Assembly: GCA_026936335.1 (NCBI GenBank)
Contig: JAPMXV010000068.1
Location: forward strand, 299,942-363,941
Length of the DNA: 64,000 nucleotides
Source: Mantamonas sphyraenae STR306
Lineage: Eukaryota; Protista; CRuMs
Direction: 5' to 3'
Shown here: in pieces, positions 33,090 through 43,302 of the stretch
Layout of the letters: each line of letters starts with the position of its first letter
How positions within the stretch are numbered: position 1 is the first letter of the stretch
Position numbers and translations under genes: made by a program
Notes under the pieces: generated by a model
Databases searched by the model: none
Told to the model about the DNA's origin: nothing
What the model saw: the letters and a program-made list of their open reading frames with translations, nothing else

Positions 33090-36070
33090 ATGAGACAACA
33101 ATCGTCGTCACAGTGGATGATGGTGGTGGTGGTGGTGACCAGTGCGGTGGTGGTGGGTGTCTTGTCAGGCATGGCACACGCTCAGGGACCCGGGGTGGCT
33201 GTTCCTGCGACGCCGACGTCGACGCCGACACCGGACGAGCGGCCGTGGAAGTACATCGATTGCCACAAGGGAATCTACGACATTGAGGGCTACAAGTGCA
33301 AGTGCCCCGTGAACGAGAGCTGGACTGGAGTGGATTGCAGCGTGTGCGGGTACAACAGTTGTCCGCAGGGACAATCCTGCGACTCGTCAATCTACTTGCA
33401 GGAGAACAAGCACTACAATTGCACGCCGCACGGATCCATCCGCAGTCTGTTTTCTGTGGGTGCCACTCAGTTCCAGTGCATCCGCAGCGAAAAGACGTGC
33501 AACTTCCAGGGTGCGTTTCCTACGGAGAGAACATTCCGGATGTCCGGGAGTTGTTGTCCACGCGGCGCAAACTCACACCAAGGCGACACACACACACACA
33601 AACACACATTCACAGGCTTTGCCCACCCGGACGCAGCGCCCGTGGGGGTCAACTGCACGTTTACCGAGTGCGAGTTTGACAACGGTGAGCTGTGCAGGGA
33701 TAGAGAGAGGGAGCGTGTGGCGTGGGACGGTGGGCAAAGCATGTGTGCTAACTCCTCGGTGCGCGGGCGACGGCCACAGACTACGACGGCCTGTACAAAC
33801 TGCGCTACCAATGCCAAAAGACGAAATGCCATGCAACGGCGTGGTGCAACGACATTGCGAAAACAGTGATTGCCGGGATGAAGGGCCCCGCGCAGTTTCA
33901 GTGTCATCCAAACGCAACCTGCCAGTTCACACAGCAGGAGTTCCCTCTGACGGTGCCTCTGTCGTGTGTGGCAGGCGAATGTCGTGCAAACAAGCCCAAG
34001 GTGGACCCACCGACCAACTGGGTGCTTGTGGGATCTCTGTCGGGAGGGGCGGTGGTGGTGATCTTTGCCGTGTACTTTGTGCAGCAGTGGTGGGTCAAGC
34101 GCGAGGCTGAGCTGCGTGAGCAGTACCACCGCGTGGCACGACTGACCACCACGCTGAGCTGGGACGATGTTGGGTATGTGGTGGAGGCACGCAACGCACA
34201 CGGGCAGTCGTACCAGAAGCAGATCCTGCGTGCGTGTTCGGGTGAAGTGAAGCCAGGCGAGGTGTTGGCCATCATTGGGCCGTCGGGAGCAGGGAAAACC
34301 ACACTGTTGGACATCCTGGCCAACCGCAAGACCAATGGAGTGGTGTCTGGTAGGGTGCTTGTGAACGGGGAGCAACGCACAGAGTCGTTTACGCGTGTCT
34401 CGGGCTACGTGCTGCAGGAGGACATCATGATGCCCACACTGACGGTGCGTGAGCAGTTGTCGATGTATGCACACCTGCGGCTGCCTCCGACGACCCCGAG
34501 CGAGGTGCGCGAAGAGACCGTGGACAGGGTGATGGCCCAGTTGGGCATCTCGCACATTGCACACTCGCGCATTGGCGACGAAATGACACGTGGCATCTCG
34601 GGTGGCGAACGCAAGCGCGTCAACCTTGCTTCGGAGCTGGTGACGGATCCGTCGCTGTTGTTTCTGGACGAGCCGACCACGGGACTGGATGCAACGGCAG
34701 CCTCGTCGCTCATTCGCATCCTGACGGAGCTGGCAAAGGAGGAGGACCGCACGGTGGTGTTTAGCATCCATCAGCCGCGGTCCAACATCTTTCACATGTT
34801 TGACAAGATCATGCTGCTTGCAGCCACGGGCCAGGTGGTGTACTACGGCGCAGCCCAGGACGCAGTGGCACACTTTGCTCGTCTGGGGTTCCCGTGTCCC
34901 ATCAAGTACAACCCCGCGGACTTTCTCATCGACCTCATCAGCGAAAAGGAGCACATTGCGACGCTGGTCAAGGCGTTTGAGAGCATGAACAACCGCGGTG
35001 GCTACACGGCTGCGCGAAGCTACAAGGCTGCCCTGGTGCTGCCCGAGGTGGACGTGGGCATGGGCAGCGTGCAGGGGGCCAAGGAGGACTATGAAGAAGT
35101 TGTGGTGGATGGGCATGCGGAGGAGGAGGAGGAGATGGAGGTGTTGGAGGACGATGGCAAGGAGCAGGAGGAGGAGCAGCTGCTGGGAGAGTCGTTGCAG
35201 GGACTGAACCGATACGCAACGGGCTTTTGGACGCAGTTGTATGTGTTGAGCTGGAGGAGTTGGCTGAATGTGGTGCGCAACCCTGCGTTGCTGCGTGCGA
35301 CGTACGGAGTGATTGTGCTGCTGGGTCTGCTGCTGGGCTACGCGTACTACCAGCTGTCGTTGGACATTGCCGGCGTGCAGAACCGTGCGGGCATCATGTT
35401 CTTCAGCACGGTGCTGTTTGGGTTCAGCTCGGTGTCGGGATTGGACACCCTGCTGCGAGAGCGGGCGCTGTTTACGCGGGAACGGGCCAACGCCACGTAC
35501 CGTCCCTCGGCATACTTTATCTCCAAGGTGATCTTTGACATCCTGCCGCTGCGCGTGGTGCCTCCGCTGATCTTTGGAGCGATTGCATACCCGATGATGG
35601 GCCTGCGTGCCGGGAGCATGCACGTGTTTTACTTCCTGCTCATCCTGGTGCTGGTGAACGTGGTTGCGGCGTCGCTATGCTTTGCCATCGGAGCGGCGTC
35701 GCCCAACATCGGCGTGGCCAATCTGGTGGCCATTGTGGTCACGCTGCTGTACATGTTGTTTGGCGGGTTCCTGCTGAACAAGGACAGCATTCCCGCGGGG
35801 CTGTCGTGGCTGCAGTATGCGTCGTACGTGGAGTATGCGTTTGAGAGCCTGTGTGTCAACGAGTTGTCCAACACCGCGGTGGTGTTTGACCCCAGCTCGG
35901 CCGGGTTCAACAACACGCACATCACCATCAACGGCAACGTGTTTCTCCAACAGTTTGGCCTGGACCTCAACCGCTTCTCCATGGATATCTACGTGCTTGC
36001 AGGGATGGCGGTCGGGTATCTGGTCGTGGCGTTTGTGGTGTTGGAGGCGTTTGTGAAGGAAAAGCGATGA
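33090..36070 (+). CDS. ABCG half-transporter with N-terminal Cys-rich/EGF-like ectodomain (Adp1-like), 3 exons
   Basis: Signal peptide, CKCP...WTGVDC, a TM segment, Walker A GPSGAGKTT, ISGGERKR, LFLDEPTTGLD, SIHQPR, and an ABC2 membrane domain. Introns 33511-33615 and 33685-33779. Confidence 0.92.
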
Positions 36071-36116
36071 GGGTCGAGGGCGCCAGCCTTGCCACTGAAA
36101 AGCAATTTTGTGGCCA

Positions 36117-38311
36117 ATGAAGATTGTTCACTGCTGTTTGGTTCTGCTTGTTGTGCTGATTGCCATGGTGCACAGCCAGTTTACGCCATCGACCATGGGG
36201 GAGTTTACGGCCAGGTTCAAGGCCACGCGCGTGTATTGGGACGGACGGCCGACGCGCGAAACGTCGGGCACGATCATGGTGGATCGGAATGCACAGCTGA
36301 TGCGCATTGATGGGGACATGGATGTGGCAGAGGAGCCCATGGATGTCATCAACATCTACCAAGGTGTACGTGGAGGGGTGTGGGAGTGTAGGGAGGGAGA
36401 CAACACGGTCTTGGAGAAGGTCCGCATGTGCTGACGTCATCCACATTTTCCCGGTCCGCGCAGGGGTTCCATTGGCGAATCATGCACAATGCAACGGTGA
36501 ACAACATCACATGCGAGTTGCACTACAACGAATCAGCTCGGTTTGTCAACACTGTGGACATGGACCATTTCAAGGGTGTCCGGTTCTGGCAGGGCCGGCT
36601 GGTGGACGTGTGGGAAGAGGTGCCACTTTTCGGTGCACACGTGGAGGACGGCAAGGACCACGACCACGACCACGACCATTCTGTGGTGGTGAGCAAGGAC
36701 GGTGGACATGACGACCACGATCACAAGGATGTGGACAAAGGTCCCGCAACGTACTTTCAAGATCACTTTGACCAACGGCCCGTCGGCTACTTTCGCAACA
36801 CGACCGAATCCACGTACACTTTGGTGTTTTCCGACTACGGCGACGAAGATGGAACGGTGGCTGCTTTCACGATGCCGCGCCATTTTGCGTGCGACCTGAC
36901 CAACGAGAACGACCTGAGCACGATCAAGCACATCCCGCCCATGCCATCCATGGAGAAGGACTGGGAAACGTCTGTGGCGTACTCGAGTGCGGACAAAAAG
37001 ATCACCGGATCTGCGTTTTTTGCCACGAGCCACGATGCTCAAGCAGTGCACTGGCAGGGCGACTATTGGCATGGAACCAACCTGACACGTGATACGGAGC
37101 CTAGTGACGTGTCTGTGTCTGTGTACCACGATGGCAAGTTGACGGAGATCAGAGAGCGCGCAGGCATGGTGAAGTGCTCGACCACGCGCAACGACACCAA
37201 CCCGTGGGGGGATCTGTTCAGCCAGGCTGCGTATAAGCATGCCTCGTATGCTGGGATGACATTTCTGAACAACGGCGTTGACAACACGAGGCTGGTGGAG
37301 ATCTGGAAAAACGTGAGCTTGCCCACGTTTGGCAGCGTGGCTGCCACAGACACGCTTTACATCGATGCGTTCACAAAGAACCCTGTGCGCTTGGCGGTGG
37401 ACGTGAAGCACACACTGCTGTACGTCAACTTTTACAACGTCATCACACACAAGCCGATCAATGCCGACCTGTTTGTGGTGTCGCAGCATCTGAAGTGCAC
37501 AGGCCCGTCGGCGAGTGGTGTGCGCGTTCCCCAATCTGCACGCATGGCGTACTTTCACTCTGTGTTTGAGCAGAGCGTGGAGGGAGTGGCAGGACACAAC
37601 CGCACGATCGGGCGATTGTTTGTGGATCGCGATTCCCAATTCATGCGCAGCGACAACTCGATTTTGGAGGGAGGACACAGCAAGGCGTACCAAGAGGTGC
37701 ACTTGCGTCGTGGAAACGTGGAGTACACGATCAAGGAGGTCGGCCAGGGCGTCGATTGCGTGGTCAACAGCAACGTCTCGCAGAGTGCGTTTGTCAAGGA
37801 TCCGTTTGCCTCTGCACACCACCACGGCGTGGCAGTGAAGCATGGCCACCTGGTGGACGTGTGGGACAACGTGCATCCGTTCCCACATCGCCCTGGCGCC
37901 GCGTATGTGTCTGTGGAAGCGTCGTTTGATCTGTTCACGCACGATCTGGTCCAGCTCGAGTTTGCCACTGAAGACGGCAAGAACGTCACTCTCAAGACAT
38001 CGAGTTACCGTCCAGGGGTGGTGCAGTTGAACGAGGCCGTGGTCAAGCCGTATGTTGCGTGTCGTGCGGTGGCGACACCGACGCCTTCACCGACGCCTGC
38101 ACCGGGGCCCGGCGCAGTGAGCAGCGGCGAGGGGCAGCCCAGTGCGTCCGGTGCACCCGCGACCGGGATGGTGGATCCTGGAACAACAGCAGGGATCAGT
38201 GCGGCCATGTTTGTGGTGGGTATGGCGGCCGGTGGCGTTGCATATCACTTTTACGGGCCCAAGCGACGCGCTGCGGTACAGGACACCGAGTTTGACCATC
38301 TGGATGCATAG
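36117..38311 (+). CDS. Type I membrane glycoprotein with three tandem ependymin-related (LolA-like) domains, 2 exons
   Basis: Signal peptide; three ~190-230-aa units with G...vD...q.mR.D, a Cys, LV(D/E).W..V, PV and a terminal Cys; Pro/Thr linker, TM segment, short tail. Intron 36366-36463. Fold assignment is by resemblance only. Confidence 0.55.
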
Positions 38312-38527
38312 TGGACAAGGTAAGTGGTGGTTAAGAGCGTGATGAGAGTGTGGGGATGTGCATGGAGTGCATGGAGTGCATGGCGAGGAGTTGTGTTGTT
38401 GTCCCCGTTTCCTTCCACAATCACCACCAAACGGCCGTGTCATTGCTGGCAGTGTGCCACACGTGGCATTAGCTCGCTTTGGTAGCATCTAGCAATGAAA
38501 GCGCTTGCGCATGCAATGAAATTCGGG

Positions 38528-40158
38528 ATGAGTTGTGTCTTGGACGGATCTGCTCTCTGAACATCGTGACATCGTCGAGGTGGAGGAAGCACTGCAGTTG
38601 TGTAGTCCGGTGAGTGTGGTGAGGGTTTGGTGGTGTCACGTTGGGGTGTGTGCTGACGATGCCTGTGTGGTAGGGGCCACTGGAACTTTGGGGCTTAGCG
38701 GGAAAGAGTGTGCTGCGCCTTGCAGACGCTCTGGGAAAGAACAAAACGCTGCGTGATGTGGATTTGAACGTCAAAGACGACGACGAGGAGGCGGATGAGG
38801 CGGTGGGGCGAGTTTTGAAGGAAAACACGGCGTTGTTGCGTTTGCGTTTGTGCGGATTCGGGGTCGTGGACAACATCGGCAAAGGCCTGGGTGTCAACGG
38901 GACGCTGAAGATGCTGCAACTACGTCTGTGCAAGATCGGTGACGAGGGTGCTGTGGCACTGGGCAAGGCATTGGAGACAAATGGGTCGGTGACGGATCTT
39001 CGGGTTTCGGATTGCGGAATTCGCAGTGACGGCGCCGCAGCTCTCGGCGCAGCACTGGCTGTGAACAATCGGTTGCAAGAGTTGCTGTTGATTGGAAACG
39101 AGATTGGGGTTGAGGGGGCAAAGGCACTGGGGGAGGCATTGACGCAGAACGGGTCGCTACGGATTCTGCGCCTGCGCCAAAGTGGCATTGGGGACGATGG
39201 TGTCGCGGCACTGGGGCAAGGCTTGGAGTCAAACACGGCACTGCAGTTACTGGACGTTGTTGGCAACGGAATCGGCCATGCGGGTGCAGAGGCCCTTGCC
39301 AAGGCCTTGCGTGTGAACAAGACGCTGCTGGAGCTGCATCTGTCTGCAAATCCCATTGGCGATGTGGGGGGCGTGGCCATTGCAGGCGCAATGAGGGTGA
39401 ACAGGAAGTTGCAAGTGCTGAACGTCGGCAACACCCGGATTCAGGGCGAGGGAGGCGCAGCGTTTGGAAAGGCACTTGCAGACAACGCGTCGCTGCTGAG
39501 GCTGAATCTGACGGCCAACGTGGTAGGAGACAAGGCAGCAGAGGAACTGGCATCTGGACTGGCGGGAAACAGCACGGTGGAAACAATCTTGCTGCAGTCT
39601 TGTGGAATCGGGCCGCAAGGAGCAGCAGCGCTGGGAATGGGGATGGAGGACAACAGCACGTGCTGGCAGGTGTTTGGGGTTGGGGATGAGGCATGTGCAA
39701 AGGCAGTGGCGACGAACAAAAGGGCCGCAGAGGCATTTGTGGCTGCCGCGGAGACTGGGGATGTGGCCAAGATGGAAGAGCTGCGTGCCAACGGCGTTTC
39801 TGTGCAGTCAGCGCGGATTGGGAGGAAGGGTTTGCAGTGTGCACTGGAGGCAGCAGTGGAAGCCGGAGAGGAGAGGGCGGTGGAGGTGTTGCGGGAGTGG
39901 GGCGCAACCCCCAGGGCCCACATGGGCAAGTCGGTGATGGGATGGGGGTGGAAGAGGGCGTGGCATTGGATCGGGTGGGATGCGGAGGTGGATGAGGCGA
40001 TTGAGGTGGCGCTGTTGATGAATGAGGAGGAGAGGGAGGCGATGTTTGCTTGTGGAGGGATGGAGGAGTATGTGGAAGAGGGAGGGTGGAAAGGATGGGT
40101 GACACTGCCGGATGAGGTGATGGAGAGGGTGATTGGGTGGGTGGGGAGGGGTGGTTGA
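38528..40158 (+). CDS. LRR-ANK-F-box-like family member 1 (about 11 RI-type LRRs), 2 exons
   Basis: 28-aa repeats L..L.L..N.IG.EGA.AL..AL..N, ankyrin-like AAETGDV...ALEAAVEAG, and the shared tail. Intron 38610-38673. ATG 38528 is 1 nt out of frame with exon 1 (extra T at 38533-38534). Confidence 0.8.
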
Positions 40159-40210
40159 GTGGGGAGGATACAGTAGTGAAACCGTCTGCTGCGCGTGTGG
40201 ATGCATCGAG

Positions 40211-41751
40211 ATGGCTGGTGTGCTGTTGCCGCAAGAACTGCGGGATGTCCTTGCGGGCCTACCAGTCGGGAAGGTCGTTGAAAAGGCACTCACAGAAAAC
40301 GGACGGGTGAGTGGGGCAGGCGGAGGGGGGTACGTCCGTTTGGTGGACTGACATTGGCTGTGGAGACGTGCTTTTTGTCGATGATCTCGATGGACCCAGA
40401 GTGCAGATCCCTCTTGGCCACCACGGTGGGCAACACGAAAACACTGCACACCCTGTTTCTGGATAGCACAAACCTGGGTGACGATGGGACAATCGAGCTG
40501 GCCGAGGCACTGTGCGTGAACCGCAGCGTGAGGAAGTTGACCCTGAAGCAAAACAAACTCGGCGATGCAGGGGCCGTGGCACTCGCAGACATGCTGCAGG
40601 ACAACAGAACGATTGAGAATCTCAACATGCGCGGCAACAATGTTGGAAGCGTGGGTATGGCGGCATTGGGCAAGGCACTGGAGGCCAACAAGAGGGTCAG
40701 GGTGCTGGACGTCTCCGTCAATCCGCTCGGAGGCGACGGCGCGAGCATACTGGCGACTTTGCTGCTTCGCAATAGGTCGTTACATACTCTATACGCCAGC
40801 CAGACGCAACTTGGCGACGCAGGAGTGGAGGCAATGGGGCAGGCGCTCTGCGGAAACACGGTGCTGCGGTCGCTCGACGTCAGCTGCACTGAAGCAGGTC
40901 TTGCAGGGGCTACAGGGTTGGCACAGGGACTGGAGGAAAACACAACATTGCAGAGACTCATTGTGAACGAGAACAGCGTGGGCGACGCCGGCGCAATGCT
41001 GTTGGCGGAAGCACTGCGGACAAACACAGCCTTGGAAGAGCTCAACTTGTTCAAGAACGGCATTGGGGACAGCGGATGTGTGGCACTGGCACAGGCGTTG
41101 ACAGCAAATCGGACGTTGGGCACGGTGAACCTTGGGTGGAACAAAGCAAACTCAGCCGAGGTTGTCGACGCCTTTGCGCAGATGCTACGCGTGAACACTG
41201 CACTTCAGAAGCTGGTCGTGAGCACTGTGTTTTTCAAAAAAGAGGCGCTGGCGTTGATGGAGGAGGCACTGGAGTCAAATCGATCGTGCTGGTCGATGGG
41301 AGGGAGAATCGTAGCGGACAACAAGGACCAGGCAGAGCGTTTTGTCGAGGCAGCAAGGGTGGGGGATGTGCAGGGGATGGAGGGGTTGAAGGACTGGGGC
41401 GTGCCTGTTGACACGCGGCCGGAAGGCAAGACGGCTTTGGATGCGGCCGTGGAACACGGGGAGGAGAGGGCGGTGGAGGTGTTGCGACGCTGGGGTGCGA
41501 GGGTGAGCGTAGAAACGGAGGATTTGGTGAGGGAGGAAGGATGGAGGAAGGCGTGGCATTGGATTGGGTGGGGTGCGGAGGTGGATGAGGCGATGGAGGT
41601 GGCGTTGGTGATGAATTGGGTCGAGAGGGAGGCGATGTTTGAGTGTGGAGGGATGGAGGAGTATGTGGAGGAGGGAGGGTGGGAAAGGTGGGTGACACTG
41701 CCGGATGAGGTGATGGAGCGAGTGGTGGAGTGGGTGGGGAGGGGAGGGTGA
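40211..41751 (+). CDS. LRR-ANK-F-box-like family member 2 (about 10 LRRs), 2 exons
   Basis: Same architecture; ankyrin-like GKTALDAAVEHG. Intron 40307-40365 (gtgagt donor, actgac branch, GAG acceptor) at the same position as in the paralogs. Confidence 0.85.
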
Positions 41752-41780
41752 GTGGAGAGGGTGTGGGAATGAAAGGTGGT

Positions 41781-42833
41781 TCATTCGATCACATTCGTCG
41801 TGTCAACTCGCAGCTTCAACCAGGGCACAACGGAACCCACATCATTCAAACGGGCTTTCTGATCATCGGGTGTTGTGCGGAGGATGCGCAGCTGGGCAAG
41901 AACGTCGTTGAGATGTCGCGGCGTGAGCTTCGCCACAGCGAACCAGATGAAAGGGATGGCGCCGAGTTTGAGGTAGTCCATGGCTGCAGCAGGCAAAAAC
42001 GGCAGGAGCGAGATACAGAGACCAGGAAGTGTGGCGATGAACCGCGTCGTCCTGGGATGGATCCATTTCGCCAGAAGCGAAACTGCAAGCCAAAACAGCG
42101 GGGCATAGCGGGCAGGGACGATACCATCTGCATACAAGGCGACCATCATGGCGCACATGGGGACGGTGAAGAACTGAGGCTCGTTGTCGTTCATGAGCAC
42201 CTCGGCCACAAACAACCCAGGGCCTGTGGCCAGCGTCCAAGGGATGGGAAGCCATCCGTCGACCACCATCACCACCAGCGTTATGTACAGGTAGGCAGCC
42301 CAGAAAATCATCTGCCTGAGTGGCATGCCCTTCTTCTGACCGAGGTGGCTGAAAAGGCTGAAGCGGGCGACTCCGGCCCAACAAAGAGCCGGCGTAAAGT
42401 CGGACACAGTCCCCAGAAGAGTCAAGGTGACCCGCCCCGCCGCAGGAATCACTGCGATTGGGAACGAGGCGGCGTTCAATAGTCGCTGGCGAGCCATGCG
42501 GTTCCACTCGGCGACGCGCTGGTTGATCAAGGCCTGCTGCTGCAACTGCAGGCGCCGACGCAGCGCACAGACGGCCACGTGCCACGGCTGAGAGGGAGCA
42601 GGCTCACGTGGACTGCTTCCCAGCACAGAACGGGCAATGGGAAGGTCAGCCATCCAAATGAGCCTCCATCGCTCGGCGTCGCCTCGGACAACCGTCTGCA
42701 GCCGCTTGCAGGTTGCCTTGAGCCGGCACACACTGACATCGTCGAGGTGACCCAAGATGCGGAGGATCACTTCCACAGGGAGTGATTCCAGGTGACTGTA
42801 CGCGTGTGTGCGGCGATCAAAGGCGGCCTGCAT
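41781..42833 (-). CDS. F-box protein with multi-pass hydrophobic C-terminal region
   Basis: LESLPVEVILRILGHLDDVSVCRLKATCKRL is a canonical F-box; several hydrophobic segments follow. Confidence 0.8.
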   Translation of the reverse strand: MQAAFDRRTHAYSHLESLPVEVILRILGHLDDVSVCRLKATCKRLQTVVRGDAERWRLIWMADLPIARSVLGSSPREPAPSQPWHVAVCALRRRLQLQQQALINQRVAEWNRMARQRLLNAASFPIAVIPAAGRVTLTLLGTVSDFTPALCWAGVARFSLFSHLGQKKGMPLRQMIFWAAYLYITLVVMVVDGWLPIPWTLATGPGLFVAEVLMNDNEPQFFTVPMCAMMVALYADGIVPARYAPLFWLAVSLLAKWIHPRTTRFIATLPGLCISLLPFLPAAAMDYLKLGAIPFIWFAVAKLTPRHLNDVLAQLRILRTTPDDQKARLNDVGSVVPWLKLRVDTTNVIE

Positions 42834-42882
42834 TGGGCACTACGGCGCGGAGTGTGGTGTGCTTGAACTGGAGTGAGCGCCA

Positions 42883-43157
42883 TCATTGAATGATCATGGG
42901 TGCCAGCACGTACTGTACAGGGGTACGGATTGGGTGTGAGGGGGGAAGGAGACAAGGAGCGATGGATTGGAGCCTGGTGGGAAGGTGCTCACGCAGAACA
43001 GGCTGCTGTAGGAGACTCCCGTACAGAAGGAGATGGGTCCGTCCGTTGGATTCGGTGTGGACTCAATGCTGACCATTGTGGGCGACATGGGGCGAGCCAA
43101 GGTGGTGGGCCCCTGGCGCCGGAACAGGTCGCAGGAGAAGTCTCGCAACCAGGACAT
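42883..43157 (-). CDS. Possible 64-aa spliced micro-gene (or 5'UTR intron/uORF of the F-box gene)
   Basis: ATG 43157, gtgagc donor at 42992, tacag acceptor at 42913, phase 0, stop at 42883-42885. No recognisable motif. Confidence 0.25.
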
Positions 43158-43302
43158 GGAACACCGGGTGGGGCAGTTGGGTGTGCATGGAGGGTGACAC
43201 TGGGACAGACAAAGGTCGGGATTGATGGCTGTGTGGCTGCGGGTCACGCAGGGAGGGTTTTCAGCCCGTGTGGAGCCATCGAAATTTCAGAGACGACGAA
43301 AA

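Noticed and set aside
38312-38330. Perfect donor-like AAG|GTAAGT just after the stop of the ependymin-like gene, as an upstream exon for LRR paralog 1
   Set aside because: An in-frame TGA at 38529 blocks any upstream exon from joining the LRR exon-1 frame. It may be chance or a 3'UTR intron.
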